Notes: generated from the letters alone by a model not told the origin. A stretch of DNA of 32,000 nucleotides from Microcystis aeruginosa NIES-843 (GCF_000010625.1 NC_010296.1:3540001-3572000); one strand, 5' to 3'. Shown: positions 9,749-19,316, numbered from the stretch's first letter. Numbers and translations are program-made.

Positions 9749-9822
9749 AAATCTTGCTTGATACCAACATAATTATAGATAGTGTAAACTTAAATTGTTC
9801 ACTCATTACCAAAATTCTATGA
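9745..9822 (+). pseudogene. PIN-domain (VapC-like) toxin stub, 25 codons
   Basis: Translation is VKILLDTNIIIDSVNLNCSLITKIL*. LLDTN(I/V) is the canonical first acidic motif of PIN domains. The frame stops after 25 codons where about 130 are expected. Confidence 0.55.
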
Positions 9823-11375
9823 CTCGCTGGTTTAATATTGCCGGTCCCTGTAAAGACGATATCCACTATATGCTCTCTCCCACAGTACGATTACCAGATT
9901 TAGAGGAGCTAATTGAACAAGAAAGTTATTTTGTCCTTCACGCACCACGACAAACAGGGAAAACCACAGCCATGTTATCCCTAGCAAAACAACTTACCGA
10001 TAGAGGAAATTATGCCGCAGTCATGGTATCTGTAGAAGTAGGAAGTGCATTTAATCATGATCCTACTGCCGCAGAATTAGCAATTTTAGGAACTTGGTAT
10101 GATACCATAGATATCCGCTTACCTAAAGAATTACAACCACCTGTTAAACAATGGCGACAGGAAGAACCAGGAAGCAGAATTAAGGCTTTTTTATCAGATT
10201 GGGCAACATCCTTAAACCGCCCTTTAGTATTATTTATAGATGAAATTGATTCTTTACAAGACCAAACATTAATATCAGTTTTACGACAGTTAAGAGATGG
10301 TTTTCCTAATCGTCCTGAAAATTTTCCGACCTCAGTAGGATTAATTGGTTTACGAGATGTGAGAGATTATAAAGTAGCATCTGGTGGTAGTGATAGATTA
10401 AATACATCTAGTCCTTTTAATATAAAAGTTGCTTCTCTGACTATGCGAAACTTTAATCTTGCAGAAGTAGGAGAATTATATCAACAGCATACAGCAGCAA
10501 CTGGACAAATTTTTACACCAGAAGCAATAGAAACAGCTTATGATTTAACCCAAGGACAACCTTGGTTAGTCAATGCTTTAGCTAAAGAAATTGTAGAAAA
10601 AATGGTAAAAGATAGAAGTATTGCTATTACCGAAGAAACCATTTTACAAGCTAAGGAAATATTAATTGCTCGTCAGGATACTCATTTAGATAGTTTAGCA
10701 GAAAGACTCAGAGAAAAACGAGTTAAAAACATTATTGAACCAATTTTAGCAGGGCAAACATTACCAGATACCCTAGCAGATGATCGCCAATATTTAATAG
10801 ATTTAGGATTATTACGACGTGATCCGATGGGGGGATTAGTTATTTCAAACCCTATTTATCGTGAAGTTATTCCCCGTGTTTTAGTACAAGGAACTCAGGA
10901 CAGTTTACCTTTAATTAGTCCTAGTTGGTTGACAGCAAAAGGTGAATTAAATATAGATGCTTTATTAACAGCATTTCTCAAATTTTGGCGACAACAGGTC
11001 GAACCATTATTAGGTAGTACGGTATATCATGAAATCGCTCCACATATTGTATTAATGGCTTTTTTACATCGCGTGGTTAATGGTGGGGGAGTTTTAGAAA
11101 GGGAATATGCAATTGGTAGCGATAGAATGGATTTATGTCTGAGTTATAAAGATGTAATTTTAGAGATTGAATTAAAAGTATGGCGGGATAAAAAGCGCGA
11201 TCCTCAAGCTGATGGGATCGAACAATTAGAGTCTTATTTAGGGCGTTTGGGTTTAGATTTTGGTTGGTTATTTATCTTTGATAGGAGGAAAAATGCTTTA
11301 CCAATGGAAGAAAGATTATCCACTGAAGTTGTGGTGACAGAAAATCAATATAGAATTACTGTGATTAGGGCATGA
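9819..11375 (+). CDS. AAA-type ATPase fused to a C-terminal PD-(D/E)XK nuclease-like domain
   Basis: The ORF track starts at TTG 9795, but ATG 9819 (MTRWFNIAGPC...) is the more likely start. Walker A is HAPRQTGKTT and Walker B is LVLFIDEIDSL. The C-terminal SDRMDLCL..(10)..ILEIELKVW fits a D...ExK nuclease core. Confidence 0.8.
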   Translation: MTRWFNIAGPCKDDIHYMLSPTVRLPDLEELIEQESYFVLHAPRQTGKTTAMLSLAKQLTDRGNYAAVMVSVEVGSAFNHDPTAAELAILGTWYDTIDIRLPKELQPPVKQWRQEEPGSRIKAFLSDWATSLNRPLVLFIDEIDSLQDQTLISVLRQLRDGFPNRPENFPTSVGLIGLRDVRDYKVASGGSDRLNTSSPFNIKVASLTMRNFNLAEVGELYQQHTAATGQIFTPEAIETAYDLTQGQPWLVNALAKEIVEKMVKDRSIAITEETILQAKEILIARQDTHLDSLAERLREKRVKNIIEPILAGQTLPDTLADDRQYLIDLGLLRRDPMGGLVISNPIYREVIPRVLVQGTQDSLPLISPSWLTAKGELNIDALLTAFLKFWRQQVEPLLGSTVYHEIAPHIVLMAFLHRVVNGGGVLEREYAIGSDRMDLCLSYKDVILEIELKVWRDKKRDPQADGIEQLESYLGRLGLDFGWLFIFDRRKNALPMEERLSTEVVVTENQYRITVIRA

Positions 11376-11518
11376 TTGTTATATTTTTTGTTTCACGCAG
11401 AGGCGCTACAGTCGCAGAGAGGAGAAAGGAAAGAGGGATTTTTGCAGATTGTTTTTATCTGTATCCTTGAAAATTGTAGAGTAAACAAATCTGTACGAAT
11501 TACCATTAGGGATAACTT

Positions 11519-11803
11519 TTAGGGATTAGGGAAAAAGACGATTTTTCCCAGAATGCCTAGTATTCCTGTCACCAAAATTCCGACAATGCCAAGAAACCCA
11601 TTAGTAGTAATATTAACCCGTGCATTCAGGTCGTCAATACGCTTTTCTATTTCCATAACTTTAGAATCTAGGGCTTTAATATCCCCTCTTATTTCTGATT
11701 GTCCTATCTCTAGCTTATTAACATCTCTTTGTAAAGAGTCGATTTTTCCCTCAATCCTTGTCAGGACTGCTTCTAGGGAATAAGTTACGGTTTCGTTAGA
11801 CAT
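11519..11803 (-). CDS. Small tail-anchored coiled-coil protein (XhlA-like architecture), paralog 1
   Basis: 94-aa ORF beginning MSNETVTYSLEAVL. It has heptad-rich repeats with the motif KLEIGQSEIRGDIKALD and one C-terminal TM segment (FLGIVGILVTGILGILGKIVFF). Paralogs lie at 11887-12402, 12684-12983 and 21618-21968. Confidence 0.7.
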   Translation of the reverse strand: MSNETVTYSLEAVLTRIEGKIDSLQRDVNKLEIGQSEIRGDIKALDSKVMEIEKRIDDLNARVNITTNGFLGIVGILVTGILGILGKIVFFPNP

Positions 11804-11886
11804 TTTGCTAAACTCCTACTTTTGCTGATTTTTTCTCTAATCGACAAGGCATCAAAATTGCCGATATGCAAGACTAAGGATAACTT

Positions 11887-12402
11887 TTAGGGATTAGGAA
11901 AAAAGACGATTTTTCCCAGAATACCTAGTATTCCTGTCACCAAAATTTCGACAATGCCAAGAAACCCATTATTGCTAATATTCACCCGTACATTCAGGTC
12001 GTCAATACGCTTTTCTATTTCCATAACTTTAGAATCTAGGGCTTTAATATCCCCTTTTATTTCTGATTGTCCTATCTCTAGCTTAGTTAGGGTCTGCTGA
12101 ATAAATCTAAAAACCTTGTTGGATAAGACTTTTGGACTTTTTTCCCCTCAAAAAGTGCCAGCCATTGCGGGGATCGGGGGAAAATTCAGGTACTTTTTCC
12201 CTGAAAATTAGGTAGTTGACCACCTCAAAACTGGTAAAACCCCACACCCCACACCCCACACCCCACACCCTGCCACCACCGAAAAGCTTTTTCAGCAAAC
12301 CCTAGTTAGACGCTCATTAACATCTCTTTGTAAAGAGTCGATTTTTCCCTCAATCCTTGTCAGGACCGTTTCAAGGGAATAAGTTACGGTTTCGTTAGAC
12401 AT
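11887..12402 (-). pseudogene. Tail-anchored coiled-coil protein, paralog 2, split by a MITE
   Basis: 11887-12085 is nearly identical to 11519-11717 (3' part of paralog 1). 12317-12402 carries the shared 5' end (MSNETVTYSLETVLTRIEGKIDSLQRDVN). The two parts are separated by a 219-bp insertion. Confidence 0.75.
12087..12305. mobile_element. 219-bp MITE with 15-bp imperfect TIRs and TTAG flanking repeats
   Basis: Left end TTAGGGTCTGCTGAA (12087-12101) pairs with right end TTCAGCAAACCCTAG (12291-12305). TTAG lies directly on both sides (12083-12086 and 12306-12309). It contains (CCCCACA)x4 at 12240-12267. Confidence 0.65.
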
Positions 12403-12457
12403 TGTGCTAAACTCCTACTTTTGATAACTTTAATTAGGGCTTGCTGAAAAAATAAGA

Positions 12458-12644
12458 GGTTCTTCGTTACTTGGTATGGTTCGATAGGGGGGCATAAATC
12501 GACTAAATCCTTATCTGGCAAGAGACTTAATTGATTAGTTCGCTCTAGATAAAAAACAATTGACAAAAATCGCTAAATGCCTTTCTATATAAGGGTTCCA
12601 TCCCTTATAACCCCCGTCCATTGCATAACAATTACCGAAGAGCC
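12458..12644. mobile_element. 187-bp MITE, family copy 1 (inverted relative to copies 2 and 3)
   Basis: Ends are GGTTCTTCG...CGAAGAGCC. An 8-bp target duplication AAATAAGA lies at 12450-12457 and 12645-12652. Near-identical copies are at 23976-24163 and 28696-28882. Confidence 0.8.
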
Positions 12645-12683
12645 AAATAAGATAGGAAAAATTTATGATGCTAAGGGCAACTT

Positions 12684-12983
12684 CTAGGGGTTGCCAATAA
12701 ATCCAAAAAGTTTAGCTGCTCCTCCTAAAATAGCAACAACAAGGGCGATCAAAATGCCTCGATTAGTAAACTCTTGATAGGCAACTCTAGCGGTCAATCC
12801 GTCAATTTTTGTGCTTAGTCGCTCATCTAAAGCTTTAATTTCTCCTTTAAGTTCTGCCTGTCCGATTTCTAATTTTGTCAGACGTTGCTCGATTCTATCA
12901 GCTTTGTGGTTGACTTCCTTGATGCTGTCTTTGATTTCCTTGAGGACCGTTTCAAGGGAATAAGTTACGGTTTCGTTAGACAT
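12684..12983 (-). CDS. Small tail-anchored coiled-coil protein (XhlA-like architecture), paralog 3
   Basis: 99-aa ORF beginning MSNETVTYSLETVL. It has TKLEIGQAELKGEIKALD and a C-terminal TM segment ILIALVVAILGGAAKLFGFIG. The first ~45 nt are identical to paralog 2. Confidence 0.7.
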   Translation of the reverse strand: MSNETVTYSLETVLKEIKDSIKEVNHKADRIEQRLTKLEIGQAELKGEIKALDERLSTKIDGLTARVAYQEFTNRGILIALVVAILGGAAKLFGFIGNP

Positions 12984-13050
12984 TTGCTAAACTCTCAGAG
13001 TTATCCTGCCGCTATCTTAATTATTAATCTTTTTTCTAGTTTAAGATGGC

Positions 13051-14154
13051 TTACGGTTCACTGCCACGATTGCGCCAGACTTGCCAACCGACGTAACCGA
13101 GGAGGAGAGTTGCACCAAAGGCAAAACCCCAACCACTGGGAACATTGGAGAAACCGAGGGCTAAACTGCCCACCCAGAGAGTTAGGGCGTAGATAAATAA
13201 TACTGTCAGACGGTGAGAGATACCCGCTTTTAGTAAACGATGGTGTAAATGACGTTTATCAGCCACAAAAGGGGATTTTCCGCGTTTGAGACGGGAAATA
13301 ATCACCGTTGACATATCGAGGAGAGGAACCGCGAGGATGAGATAGGGTAATAGGACGGCGGTAACGGCAACAGTAGTCACAGCAGTAGTTTTAGCCAATC
13401 CAATCACCGCCACACCCGCGAGGGTAAAACCCATAAAATAGGCCCCACCATCCCCCATAAAAATTTGGGCGGGGTTAAAATTGTAACGCAGAAAACCCAG
13501 GGCCCCACCCGCTAAAGCGGCGGCGATAATAGCGGCGGCCGGTTGTCCCATCACCAAAGTTACAATCAAAATAACCACGGCAGATATACCGGAAACTCCC
13601 GCCGCTAATCCATCTAAACCGTCAATCCAGTTAATTGCGTTAGCCATCCCCACTAACCAGAGGAGAGTAACTGGCAAACTTAGCCAATGAATTTGTAATA
13701 AATCGCCGAAGGGAATAGAGAGGAAATCGATCCTCACCCCAGCTTGCCAAGCTAGAAAAGCGACGCTAAACTGCATTACCAGACGATTGAGGGGCGAAAG
13801 ATTAAAAAGATCATCCGCTAGACCGATGAGGAAAAAGCCCAAACCGCCTAGGGTTACGCCCCACACTTCCCATTCTCGATCGCTGTTTAAACCGGCAAAC
13901 CCTCCCAACCACCAAACGATCAGGAGGGCAGTTAAAGCGCCGACAAAAATCGAAACTCCCCCCAGTCGAACCATAGGCTTTTCATGGACCTTCCTTGGGT
14001 TGGGTTTATCGACGTAACCGCTTTTCAGTCCGACGGTTTTGACGAGGGGGGTACTCCAAAGTACCACTGTATGGGCGATCAGAAAAGCAATTAGATAGTA
14101 TAAATCTCCAGACATGGGAATTGGGGGGCGATTTAATTCACAATTGACGACCAA
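13051..14154 (-). CDS. MraY/WecA-family (GT4) polyprenyl-phosphate N-acetylhexosamine-1-phosphate transferase
   Basis: 367-aa polytopic membrane ORF. It carries the family signatures GLADD, NAINWIDGLDGLAAG and FMGDGGAYFMGF. The track start is TTG 14154; the internal ATG at 14113-14115 (MSGDLYY) is an equally plausible start. Confidence 0.85.
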   Translation of the reverse strand: MVVNCELNRPPIPMSGDLYYLIAFLIAHTVVLWSTPLVKTVGLKSGYVDKPNPRKVHEKPMVRLGGVSIFVGALTALLIVWWLGGFAGLNSDREWEVWGVTLGGLGFFLIGLADDLFNLSPLNRLVMQFSVAFLAWQAGVRIDFLSIPFGDLLQIHWLSLPVTLLWLVGMANAINWIDGLDGLAAGVSGISAVVILIVTLVMGQPAAAIIAAALAGGALGFLRYNFNPAQIFMGDGGAYFMGFTLAGVAVIGLAKTTAVTTVAVTAVLLPYLILAVPLLDMSTVIISRLKRGKSPFVADKRHLHHRLLKAGISHRLTVLFIYALTLWVGSLALGFSNVPSGWGFAFGATLLLGYVGWQVWRNRGSEP

Positions 14155-14193
14155 AGAACAATCGCCAATTATGAGTTTTTATTATCTCTCGTT

Positions 14194-15477
14194 TTAGGCC
14201 AAGGCGGGGACGGAAATATGGAGATGGGGATAGAGGGGGAAGCTTTCACAGAGTTTGGCTACCCGTTGACGGCAAGCAGTTCTCAGGGCTTCATCACCTG
14301 GATTAAGGAGAATATCGGCGATAATGTTGCCAATCTCGATAAATTCCGTTTCTCCTAGTCCTCTGGTGGTCATAGCCGGGGAACCCAAGCGCAGACCACT
14401 GGTGACAAAGGGAGACTCGGGATCGAAGGGAACAGTGTTTTTATTAGCGGTAATATTGATGGTACTGACCAAGCGATCGGCTTCTTTCCCGGTCATGCCC
14501 ACGGATCTTAAATCGAGTAACATCAAGTGATTATCCGTACCATCGGTGACAATTTTAATCCCTCTAGCTTTCAACTGACCGGCCAAAGCTTGGGCATTAG
14601 CGATTACTTGGCCCGAATAGATTTTAAACTCTGGTTTCAGGGCCTCCCCAAAAGCCACCGCTTTCGCCGCGACCACGTGTTCTAGGGGCCCGCCTTGGGT
14701 ACCGGGGAAGACGGATTTATCGAATTTTTTACCTAATTCCTCGTCTTTGGTCATAATTAACCCCCCCCTAGGACCGCGCAGGGTTTTGTGAGTGGTGGTG
14801 GTGACCACATCACAGTGGGGTAGGGGGTTAGGATGATGACCAGTAGCCACTAAACCGGCAATATGGGCGATATCTGCCATCAGATAGGCCCCCACTTCGT
14901 CAGCGATGGCGCGGAATTTCTCGAAATCAATCTGGCGCGAGTAGGCAGAATAACCGCAGATAATTAGTTTGGGTTTTTCCTTGCGGGCGATGTCAAGGAT
15001 GAGATCGTAGTCCAGGCGTTCGCTTTCGGGACTTACTCCGTACTGTACTACTCGGAACCATTTCCCAGAAACGTTAACGGGGGAACCGTGGGTAAGATGA
15101 CCCCCGTGGGAGAGATCCATACCCATAATCGTATCGCCGGGCTGCAAGAGGGTCAGGAAAACGGCGAAATTAGCTTGGGCGCCGGAGTGGGGTTGTACGT
15201 TAGCGTGGTTTGCCCCAAATAGTCGTTTAACCCGATCGATCGCTAATTGTTCCGCTTCGTCAATGTATTCGCAACCGCCATAGTAGCGTTTTTTTGGCAG
15301 TCCTTCGGCGTATTTGTTGGTTAAAACCGAACCCTGGGCGGCCATGACGGCAGCGGAGGTAAAGTTTTCACTAGCGATTAATTCTAGGTGATCTCTTTGA
15401 CGTTGCAGTTCTTTTTGCAGAATCCCTGCGATCGCTGGATCCGTCAGGGATAGTATATCTAAGTTCGTATCAGTCAC
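14194..15477 (-). CDS. glyA: Serine hydroxymethyltransferase
   Basis: 427-aa ORF with [11 protein letters not shown], the PLP site [14 protein letters not shown], and GTQGGPLEH. Confidence 0.95.
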   Translation of the reverse strand: MTDTNLDILSLTDPAIAGILQKELQRQRDHLELIASENFTSAAVMAAQGSVLTNKYAEGLPKKRYYGGCEYIDEAEQLAIDRVKRLFGANHANVQPHSGAQANFAVFLTLLQPGDTIMGMDLSHGGHLTHGSPVNVSGKWFRVVQYGVSPESERLDYDLILDIARKEKPKLIICGYSAYSRQIDFEKFRAIADEVGAYLMADIAHIAGLVATGHHPNPLPHCDVVTTTTHKTLRGPRGGLIMTKDEELGKKFDKSVFPGTQGGPLEHVVAAKAVAFGEALKPEFKIYSGQVIANAQALAGQLKARGIKIVTDGTDNHLMLLDLRSVGMTGKEADRLVSTINITANKNTVPFDPESPFVTSGLRLGSPAMTTRGLGETEFIEIGNIIADILLNPGDEALRTACRQRVAKLCESFPLYPHLHISVPALA

Positions 15478-15708
15478 GGTTACTCGATCCTTTCTTTAAC
15501 AATTTACCTGTAATCATTGGGTCACTTTCTCCATTTTGGCACAATCTCTAATCTTCCGACACACCAGTGAGCTTAATTGCCTCTCTTCGGGATCGCTCAT
15601 CAATTGTCAACTGTTAGCAGTAAAATCTTCATTTTTAGTTAATAGATAATAGTAATATTAACCAGTAGAATCCTTCCCGGTGGGGATTGAGTAATAAAAT
15701 CGGAAGTA

Positions 15709-15769
15709 ATACTAAATCTGGTTATTAAAGACTGATTATTTATTCCCCTTTTTGCATGAGTGCATGAGT
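15709..15769. repeat. Half-copy of the 1101-1209 element (inverted)
   Basis: ATACTAAATCTGGTTATTAAAGACTGATTATTTATTCCCCTTTTTGCATGAGTGCATGAGT is the reverse complement of 1143-1209 with a few mismatches. Confidence 0.6.
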
Positions 15770-15802
15770 AGAAAACGGGTTTCTCGGAGAAACCCGTTTT
15801 CT
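15770..15802. terminator. Near-perfect 33-nt palindrome, candidate bidirectional terminator downstream of ppc
   Basis: AGAAAACGGGTTTCTC-G-GAGAAACCCGTTTTCT. The arms end in a U-rich run on either strand. It lies about 150 nt downstream of the ppc stop. No expression data are available. Confidence 0.4.
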
Positions 15803-15952
15803 GTGCGTTACTCAAATGCCCAATTTTAGCAGTAATTTTCCCTTTAAAAATAACAACTCAGTAGAAATTATACAAAAAGTTGACAAATCCCAAAAAGAGG
15901 GTGGATTACCTTCAAGATAACCCCCCCGAAAATTACCATTAATTATCTGTAA

Positions 15953-18900
15953 TCAACCGGTATTTCTCATCCCTGCGGCAATACCATTAATCGTCATTAA
16001 AGCACCCCTTAATAACTCCTCTTTAGAATAGCGGAAATGAATCACACCGGATTGAGCTTGACTGTTGTATTGACGTAAACGCTTGAGGAGAGACACCTGT
16101 AGGAAACCGAGGGGAACGATCGAACCGTTGCGTAACTGCACCGAGCGCTGTAAATTCGGATCATTATCCAATAAATGTTTCTCGCCGGTGATCTGGAGAA
16201 CAATCTCGCTAGTGCGATTATATTCCTCTTTGATCCTTTCAAACAGACGTTGAAAACGTTCTCGATCTTCCTGTTTAGAAAGTTCACTGACGTAGTGATA
16301 GGCCATCTGTAGGTCCACCTTCGATAGAGTCATGTCTGCCTTAGAAATCACCATCTGGAAGAAAGGCCACTTGTGATAAAAATGGCGTAACAATTCCAAA
16401 TTTCTGCTAGGAGAATCATCGAGAAACATCTGTAAAGCTGTCCCTAAACCATACCAAGCCGGTAAAAGAAAACGGGTTTGGGTCCAACTAAATACCCAGG
16501 GAATTGCCCGCAGGGTACTTAAATCCTGTTGACCACTTTTCCGGCGCGCTGGTCGGGAACTAATCTGTAAAAGACTAATTTCAGGAATGGGAGTTACGGA
16601 CAGGAAGAAGTCTAAAAAGTCCGGTTCTTCATAAATCAAACTGCGATAGGTTTGCCGTGAACGGGTGGCTAACTCCTCCATGATGCGATTCCAGGGTTCG
16701 AGATCATCAAAACCACTGCCCAGTAAACTTGCCTGTATGACTGCCGTTACGGCCGTTTCGAGGTTATACAAGGCCAATTCTGGTAAAGAGTATTTCGAGG
16801 CTAAAACCTCGCCTTGTTCGGTGATTTTAATGCGACCGTTAATCGTTCCCCGGGGTTGGGCGAGGATAGCGGCGTAGGCCGGTCCACCACCCCGACCGAC
16901 GGAACCGCCCCGGCCATGAAAAAGACGTAGATTCACGCCGTATTGTTTAGCGGTTTTTTGTAAAGCCTTCTGGGCCTTATGAATTTCCCAATTACTGCTC
17001 AAAAAGCCAGAATCCTTGTTACTATCGGAGTAACCCACCATAATCTCCTGTAAATTACTCGGTTCCAAGATGGCCGGTTCCGGGGTCACGTCCTCCCCGT
17101 TTAAAGCCGCTAAATGGTCGTAACCGCCAGCTAGGGTTGCCCGATAGAGGGGCAATTCAAACAAAGTCTGCATGATGCCGGGGGCGTGTTTGAGGTCATC
17201 GACGGTTTCAAAGAGGGGAACGATGCGCAGGGAACTGCGGCTAGTGGCGGGGTCGTATAAACCGGCTTCTTGGGCTAATAACAGCACTTCTAGCACATCG
17301 CTGGCCTCGTTGGTCATGCTGATAATGTAGGTTTGGCAGATTTCCAGACCAAATTCCCCTTGCAGACTTCTTAAAACTCGCAGGGTTTCAATGGTTTCGC
17401 AGGTTCTTTCCGAAAAGGGCATTTCCCGGGGAATTAGGGGCCGACGGGTTTTTAATTCCGCCACTAACCAGGCGATTTTTTCTGATTCGGTTAATTTGCC
17501 ATAGGGTTTCGGTAAAACTCCGAGATATTGAGCGATTTCTTCGATACATTCGGCGTGACGGGTGGATTCTTGCCGAAAATCTAACTGAGTCAGGACAAAG
17601 CCAAAAATCTCTACTTGGGCGATCAGTCGATCGAGTTCTTGACAAGAAAGACCGGTTTGAAAGAGACTGCGCTTTAATAGCTGTAATTCGGCTAAAAACT
17701 CGGAACCGGAGCGATAGATGTTGGTTTCGTTGAGTTTAGTTAATAATTGTCGTTCTTCCGGGTCATTGAGGCGATCATTGCGATCACGCGTATTTTCCAG
17801 ACGTTTTTGAATAAAGGCCAATTTGAGGCGATAGGGTTCCTGACGGTAGCGAATTGCTAACTGGCTATAGATTTCGGGCATTTGCTGTTTATCTCTGTCC
17901 AGGGAGTCCAGCAACTCCGGCAAGACGTGACACCAGTGCAGGGAGGCACTTAAAATACTGGTCAGGTCGCGAATAGCATCGAGATATTTTTTAATAACGA
18001 GATTGCGCTGATAACAGCAGGTTTTCCAGGTGACTTCGGGGGTAACGGAGGGATTGCCATCCCGATCTCCCCCGACCCAAGAACCGAAGCGACAGAAGTT
18101 ATTTTTCGGCGCTTGTAAACGGGGAAAGGAGGATTGTAGGCTTTGCTGCAGACGCAGGGTTAACTGGGGTAGGGAATCAAAGAGAACTTCATCGAAGTAG
18201 TGCAGGGCATAATCCACTTCATCGACGACGGTGGGTTTAAATTGGTGTAGTTCATCTGTTCGCCACCAAAAACGTATTTCTTCTTTTAACTGTTTGGTGA
18301 CTGTTTGTGCTTCTCTGGAGTTAGTTAACCCCATACTGCGAAAGATTTCTTCTGCTTGGTCAAGTTTTTCGAGAATGCCTGAGATACGGCGCTGTTTAAT
18401 GCGAATGGTATGACGGACAATTTCCGTGGGGTGAGCCGTGAAAACCAGACGAATATCTAACTGATCGAGAAGACGCTGAATTTCTTGGGGAGGGACGTTA
18501 ACCTGTTTGAGATAGGGAAATAACCAGTGAAATAGTCCCGATTTTGGGCCGGAGTGATCGGACTCGTTCAGGGTTTTTTCTAGCCAATCGGCCCCGACAA
18601 TGGTGGCTAAAAGGCTTTTTTGCGTTGGGTCAGCCTTGGGACTTTCGTTTTCTTCCCCGATCACCGTCCGTCGCAGTAGTTGCTGATCCCTTTGTTCGTA
18701 GTGTTGTTCGATTATATTTATTAACTGGAAATAGAGGGCAAAAGCGCGGGTAACTTTGATCGCTTCCCCTAGTTCCAAGTCTTCGATCATTTTGGCGATC
18801 GTTGCTTCTGGACTATCATCGGTCACTTGTCCTTCCTCAGAACAGAGATGGCGCAGTAATTCCAGTAAATCGACTAATTCTTGACCACATTCGGAGACTA

Positions 18901-19009
18901 AGACTTCTTTCCATAAATCTTCGATTAATTTCAGTCTTTGCTGCAGAAACAGGTTGGAAGTGCTGAAAATATCCTGTTCGGTTTCGGTCGAGGAGACAAG
19001 GACGCTCAT
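15953..19009 (-). CDS. ppc: Phosphoenolpyruvate carboxylase
   Basis: 1018-aa ORF with [32 protein letters not shown] and the canonical C-terminal GMRNTG. Confidence 0.95.
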   Translation of the reverse strand: MSVLVSSTETEQDIFSTSNLFLQQRLKLIEDLWKEVLVSECGQELVDLLELLRHLCSEEGQVTDDSPEATIAKMIEDLELGEAIKVTRAFALYFQLINIIEQHYEQRDQQLLRRTVIGEENESPKADPTQKSLLATIVGADWLEKTLNESDHSGPKSGLFHWLFPYLKQVNVPPQEIQRLLDQLDIRLVFTAHPTEIVRHTIRIKQRRISGILEKLDQAEEIFRSMGLTNSREAQTVTKQLKEEIRFWWRTDELHQFKPTVVDEVDYALHYFDEVLFDSLPQLTLRLQQSLQSSFPRLQAPKNNFCRFGSWVGGDRDGNPSVTPEVTWKTCCYQRNLVIKKYLDAIRDLTSILSASLHWCHVLPELLDSLDRDKQQMPEIYSQLAIRYRQEPYRLKLAFIQKRLENTRDRNDRLNDPEERQLLTKLNETNIYRSGSEFLAELQLLKRSLFQTGLSCQELDRLIAQVEIFGFVLTQLDFRQESTRHAECIEEIAQYLGVLPKPYGKLTESEKIAWLVAELKTRRPLIPREMPFSERTCETIETLRVLRSLQGEFGLEICQTYIISMTNEASDVLEVLLLAQEAGLYDPATSRSSLRIVPLFETVDDLKHAPGIMQTLFELPLYRATLAGGYDHLAALNGEDVTPEPAILEPSNLQEIMVGYSDSNKDSGFLSSNWEIHKAQKALQKTAKQYGVNLRLFHGRGGSVGRGGGPAYAAILAQPRGTINGRIKITEQGEVLASKYSLPELALYNLETAVTAVIQASLLGSGFDDLEPWNRIMEELATRSRQTYRSLIYEEPDFLDFFLSVTPIPEISLLQISSRPARRKSGQQDLSTLRAIPWVFSWTQTRFLLPAWYGLGTALQMFLDDSPSRNLELLRHFYHKWPFFQMVISKADMTLSKVDLQMAYHYVSELSKQEDRERFQRLFERIKEEYNRTSEIVLQITGEKHLLDNDPNLQRSVQLRNGSIVPLGFLQVSLLKRLRQYNSQAQSGVIHFRYSKEELLRGALMTINGIAAGMRNTG

Positions 19010-19030
19010 AATTTCAGTAAAAAGTGAAAA

Positions 19031-19100
19031 GGAGATAGGAGTTAGGAGTTAGGAGTGGGGGGTGGGGTGTTGGGTGTTGGGGTAGTGGGGCAGTGGGGAA
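19031..19100. repeat. STRR-like heptamer array (GGAGTTA then GGGGTGT types)
   Basis: Ten consecutive 7-nt units: GGAGATA GGAGTTA GGAGTTA GGAGTGG GGGGTGG GGTGTTG GGTGTTG GGGTAGT GGGGCAG TGGGGAA. The array starts 22 nt upstream of the ppc start codon. It is followed by a 16-nt direct repeat CCCGATCTCCCTAAAT x2 (19116-19147). Confidence 0.85.
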
Positions 19101-19316
19101 TTTAGCTGAAATTTCCCGATCTCCCTAAATCCCGATCTCCCTAAATCCCTATCCCCTGTTCCCTGATATATCGGGATGTACTTTGTTGAAATGATTAGTT
19201 CTTAGGGTTTGTCAAAAATGAGATTATATCCCAAAGAATCACATTTTTTCCTATTTTTAACAAAAATTTCACTATTTTTGCCTCTTTTCAGGGGTCAAAA
19301 GGACTTTTTTCTTGGA

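Noticed and set aside
12433-12457. Second copy of the 219-bp MITE nested with the 187-bp MITE
   Set aside because: Only a left-TIR-like sequence (TTAGGGCTTGCTGAAAAA) is present. No matching right end is found beyond 12652, so at most it is a solo terminus and is not annotated as an element.
12470-12495. tRNA-like T-loop motif (GGTTCGAT) near the MITE terminus, and GTTCGATCC at 27405-27413
   Set aside because: No flanking T-stem, acceptor stem or anticodon arm could be built. The first is part of the MITE terminal region present in all three copies, and the second lies inside a CDS.
12107-12566. ORFs 12107-12298(-) and 12384-12566(-)
   Set aside because: Both lie inside or across MITE copies. 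The first translates the CCCCACA heptamer array as GVWGVGCGVWG. Equivalent ORFs would appear at every MITE copy. The same reasoning applies to 28524-28763(-) and 28551-28790(+).
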